Position numbers and translations under genes: made by a program. DNA of 64,000 nt from Myxococcales bacterium (GTDB lineage Bacteria; Myxococcota_A; UBA9042): positions 71,190 through 135,189 of the forward strand of contig JBBISH010000001.1 in the NCBI GenBank assembly GCA_037441385.1, in the 5' to 3' direction. Under the pieces are notes generated by a model, which saw only the letters and a list, made by a program, of their open reading frames with translations, ran no database searches and was not told the origin of the DNA. Below, piece by piece: positions 36,623 to 44,609 of the stretch (the stretch's first letter is position 1; each line of letters begins with the position of its first letter).

Positions 36623-37695
36623 GGCGTGGCCTGCTTGGGCGCTGCGGCAAGCGCCGGCTGGTCTTCGTCGAGCATCTCGGTCGCCTGCACCGAGGTCTTG
36701 TGGCCGCGCGCCCGATCGATGGCCTCGATGCCCGTGGTGCCGCGCTTGGGCGTGCCCAAGTTGACCCATTGCCAAAACACGCGGCCCAGACCGAACCACA
36801 TCAAGCCGCCGCCCGGCATCCACATGAGCAGGCCGCCGATCTGCTGGTCGCTCATGGCGTCGAGCCCCCAGGCGCGCGGCTGCTTGGCGTAGAAGGTGTA
36901 CAGCACGTCCGACGACATCGAGATGATGAGGCCGAGGATCTTCATGCCGAACATGTTGACGAAAATGAACACCATCCGCCGCGGGTACGAGCGCTTCAGC
37001 TCCGGGAGCGGGGCGATCGCCACGAACCAGAACATCACCGACGTCGTCATGAACAGCAAGTGCTCAAAGACGTGCCAGGGGTGCTGCTCCAGCGCCAGGT
37101 TGTAGGCGTCGGGCCAGTGCCACGCCCAGGTCGCGCCGTTGAAGGCGATCGAGGCCACCAGCGGCCCGGCCGCCCAAGCGCCAAACCGCTTGCAGCCCGG
37201 CAGGTTATACAGCGCCCGCCACAGCCATTCGGGGATGCCGAGGATCATCAGCGGCGCCCAGACCAGCTGCAGCAGCATGTGTTGCAGCATGTGCGCCGAA
37301 AACAGCAGCTCGTCGGCCAAGTGGTGCAACGGCCCATCCAGCGACAGGTACATCAGCAGCAGCGAGCCGTAGAAGCTCTGGACACGCCAAGGTTCGGCCG
37401 GTTGGTCCGAGAGCGCGGCCTTTTTGCGCCACTTGGTGATGGCCCAGGCGTACCATGCGCCAAAGGCCAGCGCACCGATCACAATGCTCTCGTGCACTTC
37501 CCACACCAGCCAGGCGGTCCCGCTCTCGAACGCGAGGGCCGCATTGGGCGAGGTGATGGTGGGATTGCCGGTGTGAGCCAGGGCCGGCCGCGCCAGCCAA
37601 GCCAGCGCCGCGAGGGCAAAAAGGCTCACGCCCGCCCAGACGGTCGCAAGGACTCGCCGGGACGGGCGCAGCGGAACCAAAAAGCTAGGACTCAC
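36619..37695 (-). CDS. ctaG: Caa3-type cytochrome c oxidase assembly factor CtaG
   Basis: Polytopic membrane protein with HMLQHMLL motif and C-terminal periplasmic domain. GTG start at 37695. Confidence 0.65.
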   Translation of the reverse strand: MSPSFLVPLRPSRRVLATVWAGVSLFALAALAWLARPALAHTGNPTITSPNAALAFESGTAWLVWEVHESIVIGALAFGAWYAWAITKWRKKAALSDQPAEPWRVQSFYGSLLLMYLSLDGPLHHLADELLFSAHMLQHMLLQLVWAPLMILGIPEWLWRALYNLPGCKRFGAWAAGPLVASIAFNGATWAWHWPDAYNLALEQHPWHVFEHLLFMTTSVMFWFVAIAPLPELKRSYPRRMVFIFVNMFGMKILGLIISMSSDVLYTFYAKQPRAWGLDAMSDQQIGGLLMWMPGGGLMWFGLGRVFWQWVNLGTPKRGTTGIEAIDRARGHKTSVQATEMLDEDQPALAAAPKQATP

Positions 37696-37750
37696 GGGAA
37701 CTTCTTTGGCCTACGCGACATGGCCGTGGCCTCCGGAGCGCTTCTCTGGC

Positions 37751-38506
37751 TCAGGGCATCTTGTCGCCAACGCAGGGCTGGCCGCCCGCCACGTTGGTGC
37801 CCTTCAGGCTCTTGATGTAGTACATGACCTGGCGAATTTCTTCGCCTTTGAGCTGCCCGGCCCAAGCCGGCATCTTGCCGCCCGCCTGGCCCTTGCCAAT
37901 GGTCATGTACAACTCTTTGAACGAGCCGCCGTACTTGTAGCAGTCGTCGGTCAGGTTCAGACCCAGGTTCGGCATGCCGCCGCCCTGCGGGCCGTGACAA
38001 GCGGCGCACTTCTCGCCAAAGACCTTCTTGCCGTCGGCAAATTCCTTGCCCTTGGCCAGGTCAAAGGCGGCCGCAAACTTGGCGTCGTCCAGCGGCTGCT
38101 CAAAGGCCGGGCCCGTGCTCGCTTCGACAAAGCCAAGGGCCTTGGCCTCGGCCGTCACCGCGTAGCCCGCGCCGAACGGCCGGAACATCACCACCGAAAG
38201 TAGCGACAGCAGCACGAACACCACCGTGGCCAGCATCAGCGGCGACAGGAACAAGAACTGATACACCCGGCGGTCGCCGCGCAGGTGCATGAACTCGCCC
38301 ACCACCGCGCCAAACTTGGCAACCGACATGATGATCAGCGCCGGCGCCCACAGCGGCCGGGCCGGCTCCCAGATCTCTGGGTAGTGCTTCAGCATCGGCA
38401 GCGCCAGCTCGATGGCGGTGATCACGGTGAGGATCGCGCCGATCCGCAGGTAGTGCTTCTTGTGCGAATGCGTCACGCCGGATGTGGCGTCGTGCGCCTG
38501 GCTCAT
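37751..38506 (-). CDS. Cytochrome c oxidase subunit IV (COX4_pro family) fused to a C-terminal class I cytochrome c domain
   Basis: ATG 38506 overlaps the CoxC stop (ATGA). N-terminal KHYLRIGAILTVITAIEL...FMHL resembles CtaF/CyoD-type subunit IV. C-terminal CAACHG haem motif plus distal Met. The long upstream extension in the ORF track is a GC artifact. Confidence 0.7.
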   Translation of the reverse strand: MSQAHDATSGVTHSHKKHYLRIGAILTVITAIELALPMLKHYPEIWEPARPLWAPALIIMSVAKFGAVVGEFMHLRGDRRVYQFLFLSPLMLATVVFVLLSLLSVVMFRPFGAGYAVTAEAKALGFVEASTGPAFEQPLDDAKFAAAFDLAKGKEFADGKKVFGEKCAACHGPQGGGMPNLGLNLTDDCYKYGGSFKELYMTIGKGQAGGKMPAWAGQLKGEEIRQVMYYIKSLKGTNVAGGQPCVGDKMP

Positions 38507-39165
38507 TTGATGAACTCCAACAGGTAGACGAAGGTGAAGATGACGATCCAGACGATGTCGACGAAGTGCCAGTACAGGCCCGCGGACTCCACGGTGATCG
38601 GCGAGCGCTCTTTGTTCAGCTTGCCGTTGCTGATCATGATCGACAGCATCGTCAACCAGATGACGCCCACGGTCACGTGCGCGCCGTGGAAGCCGGTCAT
38701 GACAAAGAAGGTCGAGCCGAACAGCGAGGTCGACAGCTTCAGCCCCTCTTCGACGAACTGCGAGAACTCGTACACCTGGAAGCCGACAAACGTCGCGCCG
38801 AGCGCCGCCGTGGCCAGGATGTAGGTGCGCGCGCTGCTGAGCCGCTTCAACCGCGTCGCGTCCACCGCCAGCGCCATCGTCATCGACGACATCAGCAGCA
38901 AGAACGTAGAGATCGACGTGATGGCGATCGAGAAAACCTGGTTCGGCAGCGGGCCGGCCAGGCTCTTGCCATGGTAGAAGAAATAGGTGCCGATCAGCGA
39001 GCCAAAGAACATGCACTCGGACCCCAGGAAGGCCCACATCGCCAGTTTGATGTTGGGCAGGCCCAGGAAGTTGTTCTCGGCGCTCACGTGGCCGTGGTCA
39101 CCGTGGCCGGCGTCGTGGCCGGCGTCGGGGAGGTGACCGTCTGCAGTGGCGAGCTCTGCGCTCAT
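38503..39165 (-). CDS. ctaE: Cytochrome c oxidase subunit III
   Basis: Seven-TM CoxC signature (FFGSLIGTYFFYHG, GFHGAHVTVG, YWHFVDIVW). GAGGAT RBS. Confidence 0.85.
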   Translation of the reverse strand: MSAELATADGHLPDAGHDAGHGDHGHVSAENNFLGLPNIKLAMWAFLGSECMFFGSLIGTYFFYHGKSLAGPLPNQVFSIAITSISTFLLLMSSMTMALAVDATRLKRLSSARTYILATAALGATFVGFQVYEFSQFVEEGLKLSTSLFGSTFFVMTGFHGAHVTVGVIWLTMLSIMISNGKLNKERSPITVESAGLYWHFVDIVWIVIFTFVYLLEFIK

Positions 39166-39210
39166 GAAATCCTCACTTCGAAACAGAAGAAGCTGCGAAC
39201 AGTTTGCCGA

Positions 39211-41052
39211 CTACACGGGCTCCGTCACCCACTGGTAGATGCCGACCACCACGGTCAGCGCACCCGCCACCGAGATGAGCCACAGCATGGGCGCCAGGTT
39301 GAGCAGCAGCAGGCCCAGGATGACCAGCAGCGCGCCGCTCGCCACCACCAAGGGCTTCCACGAGTACGAGGGCATGTGGATTTGCTCGGCCTCGTGGGGC
39401 ACCGGGATCGCCAGATCCTCGCTGTGCTTGTGGTCAAACAGCGGCCGCTCCGAGAACACGACCGGCGTAAAGTCAAAGTTGTGGGCCGGCGGCGGCGACT
39501 CGGTCATCCACTCCAGCGTGTTGGCATCCCAAGGATCGCGCCCCGCGGTTTTGCCGTTCTTCATGCTGGTGAAGATGTTGTAGACCATCAGCAGCGTGCC
39601 GGCGGCCATGAAGAACACGCCCACCGTGCCCAGCATGTTGTCGAAATTCCAACCCGCATCGGCCGGGTAGGTAAAGATGCGGCGCGGCATGCCGCGGTTG
39701 CCCAGGTCGTGCATCGGCCAGAACGTGATGTTCATGCCAAGGAGGAACAGCCAGAAGTGGGCCTTGCCCAAGCCTTCACTCAGCATTTTGCCAGTGATCT
39801 TGGGGAAGTAGAAGTAGATGCCCGAGAACAGGCCTTGCAGCGCGCCGCCCACCAGCACGTAGTGAAAGTGCGCGACCACAAAGTACGAGTCGTGCTGCTG
39901 CAGGTCCAGCGGCGCGTTGGCGTGCATGACGCCCGATAGACCGCCAATGGTGAACATCGGGATGAACGAGATCGCAAACAGCATCGGCACGGGGAACGTC
40001 AGCTTGCCGCCCCACAACGTGCCCAGCCAGTTGAAGATCTTTACGCCGGTGGGGATGGCAATCACCGCGGTCGTCGCGGCAAACACCGCGTCGGCGATCG
40101 GGCCCATGCCGGCGGTGAACATGTGGTGACCCCACACGCCAAAGCCCACAAAGCCGATGAAGACGCCCGAGAAAATCACCGCGTGCTGGCCGAACAGCGG
40201 CCGGCGAGCAAATACCGGCAGAACCTCGGACACGATGCCCATCGAGGGCAGGATCAGCACGTACACCTCGGGGTGACCGAACAGCCAGAACAGGTGCTGC
40301 CACAGGTGCGGGTCGCCGCCCATCGCGCTCTCGTAGAACACGGCGCCAAAGGTGCGATCGAAGGCCAGGAAGATGAGGCCGACGGCCACGGGCGGGAAGG
40401 AGAACGCGAGCAGGAACTGGATGACGAGCATCATCCAGGCGAGCACCGGCACGCGCATCAGGGTCATGCCCGGGGCGCGCATGTTCAAGATGGTGACCAC
40501 GAAGTTGACGCCCGCGACCATCGAGCTGATGGCGAGGAGCACGAGGCCGGCCCACCAGAAGTCCATGCCGTCGTTGCCGTAGGCGCGGGTCGACAGCGGG
40601 GCATAGCCGGTCCAACCACCTGCGGGGAAGTGGGCGAACACGATCGAGGCGTTGATGACCAACGAGCCGAACAGGAACGTGTACCACGAGAACGCGTTGA
40701 GGCGCGGGAAGGCGACGTCGCGGGCGCCAATCATCAGCGGCACAAAGTAGTTCGAGAAGCCGGCGATCATCGGCATCACGGCCAAGAACACCATGGTGGT
40801 CGCGTGCATCGTAACCAGGCCATTGTACTGGTTGCCGATGAACAGATCCTGGTCGGGCTTGGCCAACTGCAGGCGGAACAACAGGGCTTCCAGGCCGCCG
40901 ATGAGCAGCCAGAACAGACCCGCCGAGCCATACAGGATGCCGATCTTCTTATGATCGACGGTGGTCAGCCAGTCGACAAGGCCAGATTTGGCGGGCCGCT
41001 CCTGGTGGTAGACCGGGGCTTGGGCCTGGGCGAAATCGGCAACGGATGCCAT
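39211..41052 (-). CDS. ctaD: Cytochrome c oxidase subunit I (haem-copper oxidase catalytic subunit, caa3-type with C-terminal extension)
   Basis: GWTGYAPL, HHMF and WAHHMF-type His ligands. 613 aa with extra C-terminal helices. AAGGAG RBS. Confidence 0.9.
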   Translation of the reverse strand: MASVADFAQAQAPVYHQERPAKSGLVDWLTTVDHKKIGILYGSAGLFWLLIGGLEALLFRLQLAKPDQDLFIGNQYNGLVTMHATTMVFLAVMPMIAGFSNYFVPLMIGARDVAFPRLNAFSWYTFLFGSLVINASIVFAHFPAGGWTGYAPLSTRAYGNDGMDFWWAGLVLLAISSMVAGVNFVVTILNMRAPGMTLMRVPVLAWMMLVIQFLLAFSFPPVAVGLIFLAFDRTFGAVFYESAMGGDPHLWQHLFWLFGHPEVYVLILPSMGIVSEVLPVFARRPLFGQHAVIFSGVFIGFVGFGVWGHHMFTAGMGPIADAVFAATTAVIAIPTGVKIFNWLGTLWGGKLTFPVPMLFAISFIPMFTIGGLSGVMHANAPLDLQQHDSYFVVAHFHYVLVGGALQGLFSGIYFYFPKITGKMLSEGLGKAHFWLFLLGMNITFWPMHDLGNRGMPRRIFTYPADAGWNFDNMLGTVGVFFMAAGTLLMVYNIFTSMKNGKTAGRDPWDANTLEWMTESPPPAHNFDFTPVVFSERPLFDHKHSEDLAIPVPHEAEQIHMPSYSWKPLVVASGALLVILGLLLLNLAPMLWLISVAGALTVVVGIYQWVTEPV

Positions 41053-41084
41053 AGCGAGCTCCTTATAGAATCGGTACGAACGTG

Positions 41085-41123
41085 CGGGTCAGGGCCTCGG
41101 GTCAGGGCCTCGGGTCAGGGCCT
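41085..41123. repeat. 13-bp tandem repeat (gggtcagggcctc) x3 in the coxB-coxA intergenic spacer
   Basis: Read directly at 41085-41097, 41098-41110 and 41111-41123. Confidence 0.8.
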
Positions 41124-41135
41124 CGGATGAGGTGC

Positions 41136-42353
41136 CTACTTCAAGCTGCTCAGGAAGGCCGCAATGGTCTTGGCATCTTCGGGCGTCACCAAGCCGTCGG
41201 GCATCTTGGAGCCGGGCTTGACGGCCGAGGGCTTGCTGATCCACTTGGCAATGTTTTCGGGGTTGTTGACCAGCGTGTTGGCGGCGATGGCCATACGCGA
41301 GCCCACGTGGGTCAGATTGGGGCCGCTGGTGGCCGAACGGGCGGCGATGTCCGTGCCCTCCAGGCCATTGATCAGGTGGCACGACGGGCACGTCCGCTCT
41401 TTGAACAGCTTGAGGCCCTTTTCCAGCTCGGCGACCGGCGGCTTGGCCGGCTGCAACTGAGCCTTGACCCAGGTCTCGTAGCTCTCGAGCTTGACCTTCT
41501 GGCCCTTGTAGTCCACCTCGACCTCGGCCGCCAGCGGATGCACGACGAGCTTGGTGCCCATCAGCGCATGGCTGGAGCCGCAGAGCTCGGCGCACTGGCC
41601 GTCGTAGATGCCAGGCGCCTTGGCCGTGAACGACATCGGGTAGTTGCGACCCGGGTTGGCATCGCGCTTGCCACCCAGGCGCGGCACCCACCAGGCGTGG
41701 ATGACGTCGGCCGAAGTCATGTGCAGGGTCACCGCCGTGTCGGCGGGCAGGTGCAATTCGTTGGCAGTGTGCAGACCTGCGGCGCTGCCGCTCTTGTAGT
41801 CGAATTCCCACCACCACTGCTTGCCCGTCACATCCACTTCCACCACCGGTTGGTTCGGGTCGTGGCGCTTGGACATCTGGAACACACCCACCAGCATCGG
41901 CACGGTGATGGCCACCACGATCAGCGTGGGGATGGCGGTCCAGATGACCTCGAGCTTCATGTTGCCGTGGCTCTGCTCGGGCAGAGTGTCGTCGCCGGCC
42001 TGCTTCTTGAACTTGACTAGCGCGTAGGCCCATACCGCCACGACGATCGCCAAGATCGCCGCGTCCAGATACAGGAGCAGGCTGTAGAAGAAGCTACTGA
42101 TTTCGCCGTTGTCGCTCACCGGCGCATGCGTGTCGCGGGGCGCCGGCTCGCTGGAGCAGCCCGCCAGCCACGCCAGCAGCAGCGGGAGTGCGGCCATCGC
42201 GACGACTTTGAGCAGGGACAGCGCCGCTTTGCCTGCAGGGTACCCAGCTACAGGGTGCGCAGCTACTGGGTGCCCAGCTACAGGGTGCGCAGCTGCAGAG
42301 AGCCGGGCCAGGCGATGGCGAAGTGCGCTGAGGGTGAGCAAGCGATAGGACAT
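41136..42353 (-). CDS. ctaC: Cytochrome c oxidase subunit II with C-terminal cytochrome c domain (caa3-type CoxB-c)
   Basis: CuA site HAWWVPRLG...CAELCGSSHALM. C-terminal CPSCH haem motif. Lipoprotein-like signal LLAWLAGC. Start uncertain (ATG 42353 chosen, alternatives 42197 and 42470). Confidence 0.8.
   Translation of the reverse strand: MSYRLLTLSALRHRLARLSAAAHPVAGHPVAAHPVAGYPAGKAALSLLKVVAMAALPLLLAWLAGCSSEPAPRDTHAPVSDNGEISSFFYSLLLYLDAAILAIVVAVWAYALVKFKKQAGDDTLPEQSHGNMKLEVIWTAIPTLIVVAITVPMLVGVFQMSKRHDPNQPVVEVDVTGKQWWWEFDYKSGSAAGLHTANELHLPADTAVTLHMTSADVIHAWWVPRLGGKRDANPGRNYPMSFTAKAPGIYDGQCAELCGSSHALMGTKLVVHPLAAEVEVDYKGQKVKLESYETWVKAQLQPAKPPVAELEKGLKLFKERTCPSCHLINGLEGTDIAARSATSGPNLTHVGSRMAIAANTLVNNPENIAKWISKPSAVKPGSKMPDGLVTPEDAKTIAAFLSSLK
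42236..42295. repeat. 15-nt tandem repeat x4 encoding HPVAx pentapeptide repeats (or 5' leader) of coxB
   Basis: cagggtacccagcta / cagggtgcgcagcta / ctgggtgcccagcta / cagggtgcgcagctg. Confidence 0.7.
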
Positions 42354-42564
42354 GATGCAATTCCGAAGCTGGGTTGCCAGTTTGGTCGGCCGCCGCGCAG
42401 GGCCGGAGTCAGTGTTCCGGACGAAGACTAGACCACCGCCGACCCGCGACCGCGGCAGCTGTTTTCGCAACGGCTGCGACAGGTACGGACGAGGGGCGTG
42501 GCCGTTTGGGGATCCGACTGGGTTATCGAGAAGATGACCGACAAAGGCGAGCCCTCATCAGGGG

Positions 42565-42644
42565 TTACGATTCCCACATTCGGCGTTTACATTCCCACAG
42601 CGGGATATGCATGGCGCAGCCAGCGGGATGTGCACGGCGCAGCG
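42565..42644. promoter_or_regulatory. Two pairs of direct repeats in the region upstream of coxB (candidate regulator binding sites)
   Basis: ttacgattcccaca / ttacattcccaca (42565-42599), then gcgggatATGCATggcgcagc / gcgggatGTGCACggcgcagc (42600-42643). Each of the second pair is centred on a 6-bp palindrome and they are 23 nt apart. Confidence 0.4.
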
Positions 42645-42818
42645 GGGTCCACTCGACGCCGCACGCAGGGCGTTGCTTGCGCGACCGCGGGGCGACTCCG
42701 CTGCCGGCGGGCGGATTGTACGCGAAATGTCGCCGCGAGTCACGGGGCTGTCATGCACTTTTTCGCGTGCCCTTTTTCGCTGCTCAGCAAGGTGGGATCT
42801 GGACCGGTGCAGCGGGCC

Positions 42819-43787
42819 TCAGCGACGGGCCAGGTCGAAGGTCATGGCGGTAAACAAGACGTGCAAGTAGGCGAGCGAAGCGAAGAACGCCCGCTTGGCC
42901 ATCGCCTCGGTGCCGACGCGGTAGAGCTGGATGCACTTCCAGACAAACCAAGCCGTGGCCGCCAGAGCAAAAAGCCCGTAGCCGATCGATAGGTTGCTCG
43001 TCAGCGTTGGCAGGATAGCGAACGGCGCAATGCTGATCGCGTACTGCACGATGCGCAACCGGGTCAGCTTGTCGCCGTGCGTCAGCGGGAGCATCGGTAG
43101 GTGCGCATTGGCGTAATCCTGCTTGCGGAACAAGGAAATCGCCCAGAAATGCGGGGGCGTCCACAAGAAAACGATCACGAAGAGCGTCAGACTCATCAGG
43201 CCGATGCGGCCGTGTAGGGCGGCGTCGACGATCAGCGGCGGCGCGGCGCCGGCGGCCCCACCAATGACAATATTCAGCGGTGTCGTGGGTTTGAGCCACA
43301 TCGTGTAGATCACGACGTAGAACGCGATGGTCAGCGCCCCGGCCAGGGCGCCCTGCCAGCCCCCCGAGGCGGCGAGCACGGCCACGCCCGCCACGGTCAA
43401 GAACCACGCCCAGATCCAGGCCCATCCCGGCGGCACCAAGCCCGTGGGCAACGGCCGGTTGCGGGTCCGCTCCATTTTGGCGTCGATGTCGCGCTCCAGC
43501 CAGGCGTTGAACACCGAGCTGGCGGCCGCGCAGAGGGCAATGCCGGCCAAAATCGCAGTGCTGCGGGTCCAGCTTGGCCAAGCGCCGTCATCGATCGCCA
43601 AGGCAGGCAAACCGGTAAAGAATACCAGGCCGACCACGGATGGGCGGGTCATGGCAAGCAGGCCGCCCAGGCGCGAGCGACTACCGCGGGCCGATGGAGT
43701 GCCGCGCTCGGCCTCGCGAGTCGGCTCGCCGGCTGGGAGTTCCGCTAGCTGCGCGCCGGAATCCGCCGCATTGTCCACAGGGATCAT
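42819..43787 (-). CDS. ctaB: Protohaem IX farnesyltransferase (haem O synthase)
   Basis: UbiA-family motifs (NAWLERDIDAKMERTRNRPL, polyprenyl-binding D-rich loop). ATG 43787 overlaps the stop of the upstream acidic-protein gene (ATGA). An alternative internal start MTRPSVV lies at 43652. Confidence 0.8.
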   Translation of the reverse strand: MIPVDNAADSGAQLAELPAGEPTREAERGTPSARGSRSRLGGLLAMTRPSVVGLVFFTGLPALAIDDGAWPSWTRSTAILAGIALCAAASSVFNAWLERDIDAKMERTRNRPLPTGLVPPGWAWIWAWFLTVAGVAVLAASGGWQGALAGALTIAFYVVIYTMWLKPTTPLNIVIGGAAGAAPPLIVDAALHGRIGLMSLTLFVIVFLWTPPHFWAISLFRKQDYANAHLPMLPLTHGDKLTRLRIVQYAISIAPFAILPTLTSNLSIGYGLFALAATAWFVWKCIQLYRVGTEAMAKRAFFASLAYLHVLFTAMTFDLARR

Positions 43788-44245
43788 TCCCACCAACGCT
43801 CGTCGGCTTCTTCCGCGTCTTCGTCGGGCTCGGCGTCCACGTCGTCGATGTCCAGGTCGTCGTCGTCTAGGTCATCGCTGCGCTTGCTGCGAGTTTCGTC
43901 GTCTTCGTCTTTGTCCAGGCCGACTTCGGCTTCTTCTTCTTCTTCTTCGTCGTCGACCGAATAGTCGTCGTCGTCGAAGTTCAGCTCGCGCTCGACCTCT
44001 TCCTCGTCGTCGTCTTCGTCTTCGTCGTCGTCGTCGTACGACTCGTCGTCCTCGTCGTCGTCGTCGTCGTCTTCAAAGTCCTCGTCGTCTTCGAAGTCCT
44101 CGTCCTCGTCGTCCCAATCGTCGTATCCAGCCCACAGCGGCACGGCCGGTCCAGGAGCGGGGGCAGCCACTTCCTGCTGCGGGAGCAGCCAGGCAGAGGC
44201 GTTGACCGCAAACGGGCTCATCGAGGTGTCCTGGGTGATCGACAT
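43784..44245 (-). CDS. Highly acidic (poly-Asp/Glu) hypothetical protein, 153 aa
   Basis: ATG 44245 with an AAGGAG RBS. About 60% D/E in the C-terminal 110 aa, encoded by a gac/gag/gtc simple-sequence tract. Translationally coupled to ctaB. Confidence 0.5.
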   Translation of the reverse strand: MSITQDTSMSPFAVNASAWLLPQQEVAAPAPGPAVPLWAGYDDWDDEDEDFEDDEDFEDDDDDDEDDESYDDDDEDEDDDEEEVERELNFDDDDYSVDDEEEEEEAEVGLDKDEDDETRSKRSDDLDDDDLDIDDVDAEPDEDAEEADERWWE

Positions 44246-44372
44246 GGCAACTCCTTGGTGCTCGTGCGAGGCCGTCTGCTCGCAGGGCCGCTTGTGCCGA
44301 TTTTTCGACGCGGTGGCAAGGGGGGGTGCCGGCCACCGAGGGGCGATGCGCTGCAACGTGCTGGGACATACT

Positions 44373-44388
44373 AGTCGTCTTGACGACT
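44373..44388. promoter_or_regulatory. Perfect 16-bp palindrome AGTCGTCTTGACGACT in a divergent promoter region
   Basis: Lies between the acidic-protein/ctaB operon (minus strand) and the 44610 gene (plus strand). Contains TTGACG. Confidence 0.4.
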
Positions 44389-44609
44389 TAGGCAAGGTGC
44401 CGCCGCGATCGCCACCGGCATTTTCGCGTCAGTCCCAGAGCCACGGCGCGGGCGTGATCGGGCAAGCAACGATGCCGCCGACCGTTTTTGCGCCTCGGCA
44501 GCCCAAGCGAACTTGGTGTACACTGCCGCCAGCGCCGCACGATCGGCCGCGGAATCGGCCGCCCGATCCCGGCAGGCCGACATTCCGCCCCGCCCGGCAG
44601 AGGTAGCAG

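Noticed and set aside
42498-42992. 164-aa plus-strand ORF in the ctaB-coxB intergenic region
   Set aside because: It overlaps the 3' end of ctaB on the opposite strand and the regulatory repeats. It has no RBS or motifs. It is treated as non-coding promoter region.
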